DNA of 64,000 bases from Vulcanimicrobiota bacterium (GCA_963805945.1 CAWDVP010000004.1:64001-128000); one strand, 5' to 3'; numbered from the stretch's first letter, positions 32,203 to 42,516 are shown. Numbers and translations: made by a program. The notes: generated from the sequence alone by a model not told the origin.

Positions 32203-33810
32203 TCACACCGCGGCGGATGCCGTCGTGTCCACGCGCCCGCCGCGGCCGCCCTTGCGTGCCGACGAATAGGCGCGCAGCGCTTTGCCGAAGCGGCGCATCG
32301 CCTCGGCCGCGTGCTCTTCGGGCAGTTTGCCGAAAGAGAGACGCAGCGTGTTGGCCTCCGGCGCGGTGGGATAGAACGGCGTGCCGGGCAAGAAGATGAC
32401 GCCCTCTTGGGCCGCGTAGCCGAAGAGCTCCATCGCTGACCAGTCCGCCGGCAACTCGACCCATATGTTGAGCCCGCCTCGCGGCAGCAGCGCCCGACCG
32501 CCTTCGGGCAGGACCCGCTGGAGTTCTTCGTAGAGCGCGTCGCGCCGGCGCTTGTAGAGGAAGCGCGTCGCGCGCAAGTGCCGGCTCGCCGCTTTCGATT
32601 CGAGGAAACGCAGCAGCGCGCGCTGCGCGACCGTGGTGGTGAACGAGTCGGCTCGCAGTTTGGCGGCGTACAAGGCCTGCAGCGCGGCGCCCTTGGCCGC
32701 GATGTAGCCGATGCGCAGGCTCGGCATGAGCAGCTTCGACATGCTCTCCATCAGCACGACGCGGCCGTCGCGATCCGACGAGAACAGCGGCTGCGGCGCT
32801 TCGGCGTCGTATGCCAGCGGCCAGCAGGTCTGGTCCTCGACGATGGTCAGCTGCGCGCGGCGCGCGGTGTCGAGGATCTTGCGATGCCGCGAGCGCGCGA
32901 GGTACGCGCCGGTCGGGTTCTGCGCCGCGGTGTTGACGTACGCGACCTTCGGGCCGACGCGGTGGACCGCTTCGGCGAACGCGTCGGGCACCAGGCCGTC
33001 TTCGTCCGCGGCGAGGTTGGTCCACGACACGCGGCGCTGATCGAACACCTCGAGCGCGGAGAAGTACGTCGGCGCTTCGGCCGCCGCGACGCTGCCGTAT
33101 TCGAGCAGCGCCTCCGAGACGAGGCTCAGCGCCTGCTGCGCCCCGCTCACGATGAGGATGTCGTCGGCGTCGACGTCCGCGCCACGTGCGCTCAGGCGCT
33201 CGGCGAACAGCGCGCGCAGCGATTCGTCGCCGCGGTCGGCGCGATATTGGTGGATCTCGGCCGGGTCGTCGAGGAACGTGCGCGCGTAGCACTGCGCGAA
33301 GTCGGCGACGGGATAGGTCTCGGGCGCGGTGTGGCCGGCCGAGAGCGCGATCGCGCCGGGCCGCACCGCCGAGCGCAGCAGCTGCATCGCCGCGACGCGT
33401 CGGGTCTCGGCCGCATAGCGGTTCAGGCCCGCATCCCATTGGCCGACGGACGGTCGATCTAAAGATCGGCCCGCTACATGGCCGCGCATTTTCGGGCCGG
33501 TGGACCGGTCGAATTTATTCGACCGCTTCGGCGGCGCGATCTCGTCCGCGCCCGCATCGTACGACACGAAGGTGCCGCGGCCGGTGCGCGACTCGACGAG
33601 ACCTTCGGACGCGAGCACCTCGTAGGCTTGGCTCGCGGTCACCAGCGCGATGCCGTGCGTCTTGGCGACCTCGCGTTGCGGCGGCAGTTTCGCGCCCTTC
33701 ACGAGCACGCCGTCGCGGATCTGATTCGCGATGCCCTCGGCGAGCTGCTGGTACAGCGGCCGCCGGTCGCGGCCCGAGAGGGTCACCGCCGAGAAGGTGG
33801 TTGCCGGCAC
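32203..33810 (-). CDS. MocR-family (GntR + PLP aminotransferase domain) regulator
   Basis: PLYQQL, GRGTFV, SGAQQAL, QNPTG, SMSK...LRIGY; AGGAG SD before GTG at 33810. Confidence 0.92.
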   Translation of the reverse strand: MPATTFSAVTLSGRDRRPLYQQLAEGIANQIRDGVLVKGAKLPPQREVAKTHGIALVTASQAYEVLASEGLVESRTGRGTFVSYDAGADEIAPPKRSNKFDRSTGPKMRGHVAGRSLDRPSVGQWDAGLNRYAAETRRVAAMQLLRSAVRPGAIALSAGHTAPETYPVADFAQCYARTFLDDPAEIHQYRADRGDESLRALFAERLSARGADVDADDILIVSGAQQALSLVSEALLEYGSVAAAEAPTYFSALEVFDQRRVSWTNLAADEDGLVPDAFAEAVHRVGPKVAYVNTAAQNPTGAYLARSRHRKILDTARRAQLTIVEDQTCWPLAYDAEAPQPLFSSDRDGRVVLMESMSKLLMPSLRIGYIAAKGAALQALYAAKLRADSFTTTVAQRALLRFLESKAASRHLRATRFLYKRRRDALYEELQRVLPEGGRALLPRGGLNIWVELPADWSAMELFGYAAQEGVIFLPGTPFYPTAPEANTLRLSFGKLPEEHAAEAMRRFGKALRAYSSARKGGRGGRVDTTASAAV

Positions 33811-33830
33811 GATCCAACTCCTGTCATGCT

Positions 33831-33862
33831 TGTACCTATAGATACCAGATACAAGTATAGCA
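33831..33862 (-). promoter_or_regulatory. Extended -10 promoter plus putative MocR operator
   Basis: Minus strand TGcTATACT; plus strand AGATACC-AGATACA direct repeats. Confidence 0.55.
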
Positions 33863-33880
33863 CGCGGAGCGTGGGTCGTG

Positions 33881-35182
33881 CTAGAGCGACCAGGACACCG
33901 TAGGCTCGATGTACTGCGTGCGCCCGAGCAGCCCGTTCTTGTTGAGGAAACTGGACGCATAGGCGAGCGTGACGCGCCAGCTCTTCGGCGACCAGTAGTT
34001 GACCTGCGCGGTCGTGCGCCCGAGCTCGCCGCCGGCGACGGTGCCGCCGTTCAAGTTTCCGTCCGAGTAACGCACGGCGATTTCGAACGCGCCGTTGTCG
34101 GGCCGCACCTGCTGCACGGAACCGAAGATCCCGCCGCGTTTCTTGTACGAGCGGTGGTCGCCGGTGATCATGAAGCTCAGCTGGGCATCCCAGCCGCCTA
34201 TCCACGGATCGCCCGTGCCGCCGCCGTAGACGCGCGTCGGATCGATCTCGCTGATGAACTGGAACGGGCCGCGCGCGACCGCGACCTCGTACCCGAGCGT
34301 CATCGCGCCTTTTGCCGCGAAGTTGCCCGTGTCGATGAAATTCGGCAGGTTGAAATCTTCGGGCTTCGAGCGGAAGCGCAGCGTGCCGTTCTGCTCGGTG
34401 CTGTAGCGCTCGTTGAAGCCGAGATGGATGAGGTCCGCGTCGTCTTTGTACTGAGCCAGCCAGGTGACCCGGGCGACGTACTGGTTGCCGGCGAGCGCCG
34501 GTCCGCCGCTCGTGATGAAGCCGTCGAAGTAGCCGACGGAATAGGTCATCCTTTCGTCGGCGGTGCTGCCGCTGAACCGGAATCCGTCGTTGCGCGAGGG
34601 GAAGAGCGCCGAGACATTCACCGGCAGCTCGTTGAACGAATAGAGGAGCCTTGAACCGAGGCGATCGAGCGCGGCGCCCTCCTTCTGTTTGCCGATCGAT
34701 AGCGCGCCGATGCGGCCGATGGGCGCCGTGACCGCGAGGTCGGTGAAGCTGAACGACGGCGCGTCGGTCTGGGCGTCGGCGCCGTCATAATTCACCGAGA
34801 CGATGAACGACCAAGGGTTCTTGAACTTGAGCTTGCCGTTGACGGTGAACCGGTCGGTGCGCAATTTCACCGACGGCCCAAGGCTGCCGACCTGCTCGAC
34901 GTTCGCGGCGTTCTGCGTCGGCACCACACCGCTGAGCGCGGCGACGATGCCGAGATGTCCGCTCCAGAACCTGCCATCCCACTCGTTCCAGGGGCTCAGT
35001 TCGCCCGGCTCGCCCTCGATCGGGATGCTCTCCTCTTCGGCGATCGGGTTTTCCGCCTCGTATGGCGTCGGCGAGGGCGACGGCGCAGGCGTGGGATCGG
35101 CGAGGGCTTGGCCCGCGCAGAGCACGACGAGCGCGGCGCAGACCAGCAAGCCGGCCGACGCTCGAGCGATAGTTTCTTTCAC
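33881..35182 (-). CDS. OprO/OprP-family porin
   Basis: Signal peptide, IGKQKE, LRFRSKPE, FMITGDHRSY, FEIAVRYS. Confidence 0.82.
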   Translation of the reverse strand: MKETIARASAGLLVCAALVVLCAGQALADPTPAPSPSPTPYEAENPIAEEESIPIEGEPGELSPWNEWDGRFWSGHLGIVAALSGVVPTQNAANVEQVGSLGPSVKLRTDRFTVNGKLKFKNPWSFIVSVNYDGADAQTDAPSFSFTDLAVTAPIGRIGALSIGKQKEGAALDRLGSRLLYSFNELPVNVSALFPSRNDGFRFSGSTADERMTYSVGYFDGFITSGGPALAGNQYVARVTWLAQYKDDADLIHLGFNERYSTEQNGTLRFRSKPEDFNLPNFIDTGNFAAKGAMTLGYEVAVARGPFQFISEIDPTRVYGGGTGDPWIGGWDAQLSFMITGDHRSYKKRGGIFGSVQQVRPDNGAFEIAVRYSDGNLNGGTVAGGELGRTTAQVNYWSPKSWRVTLAYASSFLNKNGLLGRTQYIEPTVSWSL

Positions 35183-35518
35183 GATAGGGTTGTGGCGGCT
35201 GACTTTCGTGCGCGCCTGGCGTTCCTATTGTCCCCAGGTGCTACCATGACACCCACGATGATCTCCGCCATCACGAGCGCCGCGCGACGGGCTCGACCGG
35301 CAACTCCACAGTGTACTTGCGCCGACGAAGGTCGGGAAGTCCGGGCTTGGCCATCTCCATGCCCGCCGCTTCGATCGGCATTTCCTTATCGTTGACGCGG
35401 CCGGCGTGCCGCGCATCCACCACTCGAATGACTTCCGCTTTTGGTTCATCCATCGTCGCCGGTAGTACGGTGCGGCCGTGAGGCCGCCCTGCCCGGCTCA
35501 AGCAAAGTGAGGCATCCC

Positions 35519-36370
35519 ATGGCTATCAACACCGCAACCGCGCCCGACACGCTCGTCGACACCGAGTGGGCGCAATCGCATCTCACGGACACCGGCCTTC
35601 GTTTCGTCGAGGTCGACGTCGACACCACTGAATATGGCAAGGGCCATCTTCCCGGCGCGGTCGGCTTCAACTGGCAGACACAGCTCAACCATCCGGTGCG
35701 CCGCGACATCCCGAGCAAGGAAGAGTTCGAAGAGCTGCTGTCGGCTGCGGGCATCGCCAACGACACGACCGTCGTGCTGTACGGCGACAACAACAACTGG
35801 TTCGCCGCGTTCGCGCTGTGGCTGTTCAAGTATTACGGCCACGACAAGGTCGTGCTGATCGACGGTGGGCGCAAGAAATGGCTGGCGGAGAACCGGCCGC
35901 TCACACCTGAGGTCCCGTCGTATCCTCGCACCTCGTACAAGGTGGCGAAGGTGAACTCGCAGCTGCGCGCCACGCGCGACCTCGTCCTCGAGACGGTGCG
36001 CGATCGTTCGCGCAACCTCGTCGACGTGCGATCCGCGCCGGAGTTCAGCGGCGAGATCATCGCGCCGCCGGGCATGCCGGAGACCGCGCAGCGTGCCGGC
36101 CACATCCCCGGCGCGATCAACGTGCCGTGGAGCCAGGCGGTCAACGAGGACGGCACGTTCAAGTCGCGCGACGATCTCAAGCAGCTGTATGCGTCCAAGG
36201 GGCTCGACCCGTCGCGCTCGACGATCGCCTACTGCCGCATCGGCGAGCGCTCGTCGCACACTTGGTTCGTGCTGAAGTATCTGCTCGGCTTGGACGACGT
36301 GGTCAACTACGACGGATCGTGGACCGAGTACGGCAATCTCATCGGCGTGCCTATCGAGAAGAACGTCTAG
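35519..36370 (+). CDS. Two-domain sulfurtransferase (rhodanese, CysA/SseA type)
   Basis: GHLPGAV, GHIPGA, YCRIGERS active site, YDGSWTEY. Confidence 0.95.
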   Translation: MAINTATAPDTLVDTEWAQSHLTDTGLRFVEVDVDTTEYGKGHLPGAVGFNWQTQLNHPVRRDIPSKEEFEELLSAAGIANDTTVVLYGDNNNWFAAFALWLFKYYGHDKVVLIDGGRKKWLAENRPLTPEVPSYPRTSYKVAKVNSQLRATRDLVLETVRDRSRNLVDVRSAPEFSGEIIAPPGMPETAQRAGHIPGAINVPWSQAVNEDGTFKSRDDLKQLYASKGLDPSRSTIAYCRIGERSSHTWFVLKYLLGLDDVVNYDGSWTEYGNLIGVPIEKNV

Positions 36371-36400
36371 CGTAGGAAACCGCGCGCCTAGCACCCAAGG

Positions 36401-36433
36401 GGCCGAGCGTACGCGCTCGGCCTTCTTCTTTTG
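36401..36433 (+). terminator. Rho-independent terminator
   Basis: GGCCGAGCG-tacg-CGCTCGGCC followed by TTCTTCTTTTT. Confidence 0.75.
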
Positions 36434-36444
36434 GGGGTGCATTT

Positions 36445-37119
36445 GTGAATCGTTATATCGCTGAATTCGTCGGCACGTGGGTGCTCATGGTCGCCGGCAT
36501 CGGCACCGCGATGTATGACGGCAAGGGCGAGGGCCACCTCGGCATCTCGCTCGCTTTCGGCTTCGCGCTCTTGGCGCTCGTCTACGTCATCGGGCCGGTC
36601 TCCGGCTGCCACATCAATCCCGCGGTGACCATCGGCCTCGCGGTCGCCAAACGCTTCAGCTGGTCCGAGGTGCCGTGGTATGTCATCGCGCAAGTGCTCG
36701 GCGGCATCTGCGCGTTCGGCACGCTCGTGCTCGTGCTCTTCATCAACGGCAAGTACGACCAATCGCTCGCGGTCGCGGTCGCTAACGGCTACGATGCAAA
36801 CTCATCGCTCGGCGTCGGCTGGGCCGGCGCGTTCATCGTCGAAGCGTTCATGACGATGGTGCTCGTGTTCACCGTGCTCGGCGCGACCGCCGAGGGAGCG
36901 CCGGCGGGTTTTGCCGGCATCCCGATCGGCATCGCGCTCGCGGTGGCCAACTTCGTCGCCATCCCGGTCACCAACGCATCGATCAATCCGGCCCGCAGCA
37001 TCGGTCCTGCCCTCTACGCGGGCGGCGACGCGCTGACGCAGCTGTGGCTGTTCATCGTCGCGCCGATCGTCGGCGGCGTCATCGCGGCGCTCGTCTACGG
37101 CCTGCTTCGAAAGAAGTAG
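36445..37119 (+). CDS. aqpZ: Aquaporin (MIP family, AqpZ-like)
   Basis: SGCHINPAVT and SINPARS motifs. Confidence 0.92.
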   Translation: MNRYIAEFVGTWVLMVAGIGTAMYDGKGEGHLGISLAFGFALLALVYVIGPVSGCHINPAVTIGLAVAKRFSWSEVPWYVIAQVLGGICAFGTLVLVLFINGKYDQSLAVAVANGYDANSSLGVGWAGAFIVEAFMTMVLVFTVLGATAEGAPAGFAGIPIGIALAVANFVAIPVTNASINPARSIGPALYAGGDALTQLWLFIVAPIVGGVIAALVYGLLRKK

Positions 37120-37180
37120 CTCGCACCGGCGTGAGGGGCGGGCGGGCGCCGGCCGTCCCTGCGTCGAATCATCCACGCCC

Positions 37181-38344
37181 ATGACGACGCCAGCCCTCGA
37201 TCTCGAGCTCAGCCGCGACGAGCAGTCGCGCTACGGCCGCCATCTCATCCTGCCGGAGATCGGCAAGGCCGGCCAGCATGCGCTCAAAAGGGCGCGGGTG
37301 CTGCTCGTCGGCGCCGGCGGACTCGGTTCGCCGCTCGCGCTGTATCTCGCGGCTGCCGGCGTCGGCACGTTGGGCATCGTCGATCACGACGTGGTCGAGC
37401 TCTCCAACCTACAACGTCAGGTGCTCCATCCCACCGGCGCGGTTGGCACGCCGAAGACCGAGTCGGCCGCGCGCACCATCGCCAACGTCAATCCGCACGT
37501 CACGGTCGAGCCGCACTCGGTCCAGCTCAGCAGCGCGAACGCGCTCGAGATCCTGGGCGGCTATGAGATCGTCGTCGACGGCAGCGACAACTTCGCCACC
37601 CGCTATCTCGTCAACGACGCGTGCGTGCTGCTCGGCAAACCCGACGTCTACGGCTCGGTGTATCGCTTCGAAGGCCAGGCGTCGGTGTTCGACGCGCGCA
37701 ACGGCCCGTGTTACCGCTGCATCTTCCCCGAGCCGCCGCCGCCAGGCGCAGTGCCGTCGTGCGAGCAGGCGGGCGTGCTCGGCGTGCTGCCGGGCATCGT
37801 GGGGCTCATCCAAGCGACGGAGACGATCAAGCTCATCACCGGCGCCGGCGCACCGCTGCTCGGACGGCTGCTGATGTTCGACGCGCTCGAGATGCGTTTC
37901 CGCGAGCTCAAGCTGCGCAAGGATCCGCAGTGCCCGGTGTGCGGCCCCAACCCCTCCATCACCGCCTTGCTCGACTACGCACAGCTTTGCGGCGATGCTC
38001 CTATTGCGAGGAACGGCGAGATGGACGACTTCGAGATCACGGTGCGCGATCTGAAGAGCAGAATGGACCGCGGCGATAAGCTCGAGCTGCTCGACGTGCG
38101 GCGGCCCGACGAGCTCGCCGTCGCGAAGCTGCCCTACACGAAATGGATCGAGATGCGCGAGCTTGCGGCGCGCATGGCAGAGCTCGACAAGAACGCGGAG
38201 ATCATCGTGTATTGCCATTCCGGCGTGCGCAGCGCGCGCGCGACGCAGATGCTGCGCCAGGCCGGCTACGCGCACGCGCGCAACCTCGCGGGCGGCATCG
38301 ACCAATGGAGCCTCGACGTCGACCCGTCGGTCGAACGCTACTGA
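37181..38344 (+). CDS. moeB: MoeB/MoeZ adenylyltransferase with C-terminal rhodanese domain
   Basis: RYGRH, GAGGLG, SNLQRQ, CYRC, CPVC, YCHSGVRS. Confidence 0.93.
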   Translation: MTTPALDLELSRDEQSRYGRHLILPEIGKAGQHALKRARVLLVGAGGLGSPLALYLAAAGVGTLGIVDHDVVELSNLQRQVLHPTGAVGTPKTESAARTIANVNPHVTVEPHSVQLSSANALEILGGYEIVVDGSDNFATRYLVNDACVLLGKPDVYGSVYRFEGQASVFDARNGPCYRCIFPEPPPPGAVPSCEQAGVLGVLPGIVGLIQATETIKLITGAGAPLLGRLLMFDALEMRFRELKLRKDPQCPVCGPNPSITALLDYAQLCGDAPIARNGEMDDFEITVRDLKSRMDRGDKLELLDVRRPDELAVAKLPYTKWIEMRELAARMAELDKNAEIIVYCHSGVRSARATQMLRQAGYAHARNLAGGIDQWSLDVDPSVERY

Positions 38345-38360
38345 CGATGACCGCGCGCGG

Positions 38361-38777
38361 TCACTCCGTGCAGTAGCTGCGCGCCACAGCGTTCGTGATC
38401 GCCCAGAATTGTAGGCAGAAGACCAGCAGCGCGACGAGTCTCACGAAGAGACTCCCATCCCAGGCCGCCGGGCCGAGAGGCCAGTAGCCGAAAACCACAC
38501 CCGCCAGGTCGAATCCGATCGCGGCTCCCAAGCAGACCGCGCCGATCGTACGCCACAGCTTCTTGCCGAGCAAGATCCCGATTCCGATCGCGATGGAAAG
38601 CGTGCCCGAAACCGCGCGCTCCAGTCCGACCCCGGCGGACATCGCGCCGAGAAGCGGGTCCGTCTCCGTATGCTTGAGTTGACCGAACAGAGCCGGCACG
38701 AGCACCACGACGCCTTGGATGATGAACAACCCCACTGCGAGCCGCAGTGGGAGGAGCGCTCGATCTGCCTCGGTCAC
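38361..38777 (-). CDS. Hypothetical membrane protein
   Basis: About 4 TM; start overlaps the lutC stop. Confidence 0.55.
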   Translation of the reverse strand: MTEADRALLPLRLAVGLFIIQGVVVLVPALFGQLKHTETDPLLGAMSAGVGLERAVSGTLSIAIGIGILLGKKLWRTIGAVCLGAAIGFDLAGVVFGYWPLGPAAWDGSLFVRLVALLVFCLQFWAITNAVARSYCTE

Positions 38778-39487
38778 GACTGTTGATCTGCAATGCCGAC
38801 GACGAACACGATGAGCGCTCCGGGACCGTGCGCGCCGAGGACGAGCACTTTTTCGATGTCCGCTGAACGGCTAGGCCCGGTGATGATGACGCCCTCGCCC
38901 TTCGACCCATCGCGTGCAGCGCCGTAGAGCGAGCTCAGCGCCGCGTCGTCCATGTGGGGGTGGAGCTGCGACGCGTCAGCAAGCACGATGCAGGTGCGCG
39001 GCAGATACGGCAGCAGCCGTTCGCCGCGCGCCTTGAAGAGCGCGATCACCGAGCCGGTGTCGGCGAGCAGCGCTTCCGCCTCGACGATACCGCAGTTCGC
39101 CGCTTCGATCCGATCTTTCGTCGCGCCGGCCGCCTGGAAGAACCGGTCGCCCTTCAGGAGCGCAAGCGCAGCGCTCACACGCGTCGAGTTCTGCACCGCG
39201 GCGGTCGTCAGCCCGCGGTCGGTGAGGAAGCGCGCTAAGGCGAAAGGCAGTTCGCTCGCGGCGGAGACGAAGACCACCTCCCCTTGCAGCGCGATCAGCT
39301 CTTTCTTGAAAGCGGCTGCGAGCTCGGTGGTGTCCGTAGTGCCCGAGCGGAGCTCGGGGAACACGGACGCGATCGGCGGCAGCTCGCGCGCAGGCTCGTC
39401 CGCCAGCGCCGTGCGAATCGCGTCAAGCACATCGGCGCGCGCAGCACTCGACGTCTGCTTGGCCAGTTGAAGCGGATCGGTGCTCAC
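38774..39487 (-). CDS. lutC: Lactate utilization protein C (LUD domain)
   Basis: ADTGS, ITGPSRSADIEKVLVLGAHGP. Confidence 0.9.
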   Translation of the reverse strand: MSTDPLQLAKQTSSAARADVLDAIRTALADEPARELPPIASVFPELRSGTTDTTELAAAFKKELIALQGEVVFVSAASELPFALARFLTDRGLTTAAVQNSTRVSAALALLKGDRFFQAAGATKDRIEAANCGIVEAEALLADTGSVIALFKARGERLLPYLPRTCIVLADASQLHPHMDDAALSSLYGAARDGSKGEGVIITGPSRSADIEKVLVLGAHGPGALIVFVVGIADQQS

Positions 39488-40851
39488 TGCCGCTTTTCCC
39501 ACCATTCTTTGAACGTCTCGTCTGCCAAACGCGGCACCTCGCGCTGTTTCGCCCACGCGCCCAGCGGGCCAGGCCGCCAGCCGAGTTTCGCGAGCACGCC
39601 CGCACCCGTGCGCGCCAACCTCGTCGCGCGCCGATACTTGACCGCATCGCTCATCGCATCCGCCCACATCCCGAAGGCGGCGCGCTCGCTGCCCGAGCCG
39701 ACCGCTTTCTCGCTCACCGCTTTGTTGCGCAGGTGCACGAGCTGATGCGGCAGATCGATCTTGACCGGGCACTCCTCGCCGCACGCGCCGCACAGGCTCG
39801 AGGCGAACGGCAGTTCACCGGCCTTGTCGAGACCGAGCATCTGCGGCGTCTCGGTCGAGCCGATCGGCCCCGGATAGACCCAGCCGTACGCGTAGCCCCC
39901 GGCGCGGCGATAGATCGGACACACGTTCATGCACGCGCCGCAGCGGATGCAGTAGAGCGACTCGCGCGTCGCACGGTCTGCCATCACCTTGGTGCGGCCG
40001 GCGTCGATGATGATGCAGTACCACGTCTTGCCGTCGTCTGGCCCTAAGAAATGGTGCGTGTACACCGACAGCTTCTGGCCGGTCGCGGCGCGCGCGAGCA
40101 CGTGCAGGAACGGCGGCAGGTCCATGAGCCGCGGGATGATCTTCTCGATGCCCATGAGCGCGACGTACACCGGCGGCGCGGATGCCGAGAGCGCCTGATT
40201 GCCCTCGTTCTCGACGGTGACGACGGTGCCGGTCTCGGCGATCGCGAAATTGGCGCCGGTCATCCCGAGTTCGGCTTCCAGATAGCGCGTGCGCAGACGC
40301 GAGCGCGCGGCTTCGAGCAGCGCCTGCGGATCGTCCGTGTACGGGATGCCCAGCTTCTCGGTGAAGAGCTTGCCGATCTCTTGGCGCGACAGGTGCAGCG
40401 CCGGCGCGATGATGTGCGACGGCTTCTGGCCGGCGAGCTGCACGATGTACTCGCCGAGATCGGTCTCGACCGCGTCGATGCCGGCGGCCTCGAGCCGCTC
40501 GTTGAGCTCGAGCTCCTCCGAGAGCATCGACTTGCCTTTGACGACCGAATGCACGCCGTGCTTGCGACAGATGTCGAGGAAGTGCGCCGCGCCTTCTTCG
40601 GCGGTGCGCGCCCACAGCACGGTGCCGCCGCGCGCGCTGAACTGCTTCTCGAACTCGACGAGCAGCCAGTCGAGGTTGGCGATCGCGTATTCCTTGATCG
40701 CATGCACGCGCGCGCGCAGCTCCTGCCATGGCACCTGCTCTTGCGCGCGATGCTTGTCGTCGACGATGCGCGCCATGGTCGCCGGCATGCCGGGCGGACC
40801 GTGCGGATGCAGGAGCGCCGCGTGGACCGCCCGTTTGTCGTAGAGGCTCAC
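39484..40851 (-). CDS. lutB: Lactate utilization Fe-S protein B
   Basis: KGKSM, ETDLGEYI, CIRCGACMNVCP, SSLCGACGEECP. Confidence 0.94.
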   Translation of the reverse strand: MSLYDKRAVHAALLHPHGPPGMPATMARIVDDKHRAQEQVPWQELRARVHAIKEYAIANLDWLLVEFEKQFSARGGTVLWARTAEEGAAHFLDICRKHGVHSVVKGKSMLSEELELNERLEAAGIDAVETDLGEYIVQLAGQKPSHIIAPALHLSRQEIGKLFTEKLGIPYTDDPQALLEAARSRLRTRYLEAELGMTGANFAIAETGTVVTVENEGNQALSASAPPVYVALMGIEKIIPRLMDLPPFLHVLARAATGQKLSVYTHHFLGPDDGKTWYCIIIDAGRTKVMADRATRESLYCIRCGACMNVCPIYRRAGGYAYGWVYPGPIGSTETPQMLGLDKAGELPFASSLCGACGEECPVKIDLPHQLVHLRNKAVSEKAVGSGSERAAFGMWADAMSDAVKYRRATRLARTGAGVLAKLGWRPGPLGAWAKQREVPRLADETFKEWWEKRQ

Positions 40852-41612
40852 GTGGCGGCCAGCACTTGCGCGAGGTGCATCGTGCGGATGCCGGCGCTCG
40901 CGGGATCGCGCCGCAGCAGACCGTCGATCTGCATGAGACAGCTCGAATCGGCGGAGACGAGCACCTCTGCGCCCGTCGCGCGCACGTTGGCGCACTTGGC
41001 GTTGCCCATCGACGCCGACAGCTCGTCGAACTTGACGCTGAACAGGCCGCCGAAACCGCAGCACTCTTCGACCGCGGGCAGCTCGATAAGGGTGGCGTCT
41101 TTCACCGCGCGCAGCAGGCGCAGCGGCGCGTCGCCGACCTTGAGCTCGCGACGGCCGTGGCAGCCGTCGTGATAGGTGAGCGTGTGCGGGAAGCGCGCCC
41201 CGACGTCGATGACGCCGAGCGCTTCCACTAAGAACGTGGACAGCTCCCATACGCGCGCGCCGACTTCCGCGGCGAGCGAGCCTGGGTCGAGCGTCGGATA
41301 GAACACCTTGCACATGGACGCGCACGAGCCCGACGGCACGACGATCCATTCATAACCGTCGAACGTCTCGGCGAAATGTTGCGCGACTGGGCGGGCCTGG
41401 TCCCAGTGACCGGCGTTGAACGCCGGCTGGCCGCAGCAGGTCTGCTCGACCGGATAGCCGAGCGGTATGCCCAAGCGCTCGAACAGCGTGACCACGGACT
41501 TGCCGACGTCGGGATAGAGCAGATCGACGTAGCACGGCACGAAGAGCGCGACTCGATCTCCGGTCGCATAGGTCTTCTTCGTCTGCGGTAAGGCGGCGTC
41601 CATTGCGCGCAT
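40848..41612 (-). CDS. lutA: Lactate utilization protein A (CCG domains)
   Basis: CCGQPAFNAG, YHDGCH, CCGFGG, DSSCLMQI. Confidence 0.93.
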   Translation of the reverse strand: MRAMDAALPQTKKTYATGDRVALFVPCYVDLLYPDVGKSVVTLFERLGIPLGYPVEQTCCGQPAFNAGHWDQARPVAQHFAETFDGYEWIVVPSGSCASMCKVFYPTLDPGSLAAEVGARVWELSTFLVEALGVIDVGARFPHTLTYHDGCHGRRELKVGDAPLRLLRAVKDATLIELPAVEECCGFGGLFSVKFDELSASMGNAKCANVRATGAEVLVSADSSCLMQIDGLLRRDPASAGIRTMHLAQVLAAT

Positions 41613-41695
41613 GGCTTTTGTGGCGGCATCGCTTTCACCCGCTGTCGTCCCGGCCGGCAAATGCGCGGCGACGACTCTTCGACAACAGCGCGGGC

Positions 41696-42490
41696 ATGGC
41701 GGACTTCAAAGGTAAGAACATCATCATCACCGGCGGCGGCAGCGGCTTGGGCGCTGCGATGGCCATACATCTCGCTGCATTGGGCGGGCGGGTCATCGTG
41801 GCCGGGCGGCGCCCGGAGATGCTCGCGGAAACGGTTGCCGCGATCGAGACCGCAGGCGGCAAGGCTGACGCCATACCGACCGACGTCCGCGTGCCCGAAC
41901 AGGTGCAGGCGCTCGTCGACGGCGTGGTCAGCAAGCACGGCAGCGTCGATTGCCTGGTCAACAACGCCGCCGGCAACTTCATCGTGCGCGCGGAAGAGCT
42001 CTCGCCGAACGGCTGGAACGCGGTGATCAACATCGTGCTCAACGGCACGTTCTATTGCTCGCGCGCCGTGGGCAAGGCGATGATCGCCGCCGGTCATGGC
42101 GGTTCGATCCTCAACATCGTCGCGGCGTACGCGTGGACCGGTGGACCCGGCACGATCCATTCCGCGGCGGCCAAGGCGGGCGTCATCTCGATGACGCAAA
42201 CGCTAGCGGTGGAGTGGGGCCATCACGGCATCCGCGTGAACGCGCTGTGTCCGGGCGTCGTGAACACGCCGGGCGCCGCCGCGAAGCTCTTCCCGACCGA
42301 GGCGATCCGCGATCGCATCGCGCGGCGCGTGCCGCTCGGCCGGCTCGAGACGTCTGACGAAGTCGCTAAGGCAGCCGCATATCTGCTGTCCGACGATGCG
42401 TCCTATGTCAACGGCGCGGTGCTGGTGGCCGACGGCGGCATGTGGCTCGATCAGGGATTGCTCGCCGCAAACGCCCCCGAAGGCATGTAG
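41696..42490 (+). CDS. SDR oxidoreductase, 2,4-dienoyl-CoA reductase-like
   Basis: TGGGSGLG, NNAAGNF, HSAAAKAG. Confidence 0.88.
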   Translation: MADFKGKNIIITGGGSGLGAAMAIHLAALGGRVIVAGRRPEMLAETVAAIETAGGKADAIPTDVRVPEQVQALVDGVVSKHGSVDCLVNNAAGNFIVRAEELSPNGWNAVINIVLNGTFYCSRAVGKAMIAAGHGGSILNIVAAYAWTGGPGTIHSAAAKAGVISMTQTLAVEWGHHGIRVNALCPGVVNTPGAAAKLFPTEAIRDRIARRVPLGRLETSDEVAKAAAYLLSDDASYVNGAVLVADGGMWLDQGLLAANAPEGM

Positions 42491-42512
42491 GGGTCGACCT
42501 TTAGGTCGACCC
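42486..42512. repeat. REP family A copy, supplies the SDR stop codon
   Basis: TGTAGGGGTCGACCTTTAGGTCGACCC. Confidence 0.88.
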
Positions 42513-42516
42513 AGGA

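Noticed and set aside
35225..35501. Small ORFs between the porin and rhodanese genes
   Set aside because: Several frames compete and none has a recognisable motif or clear RBS
35519..38344. Rhodanese-aquaporin-MoeB as a single sulfur-relay operon
   Set aside because: A clear terminator follows the rhodanese gene and no sulfur-carrier gene is present
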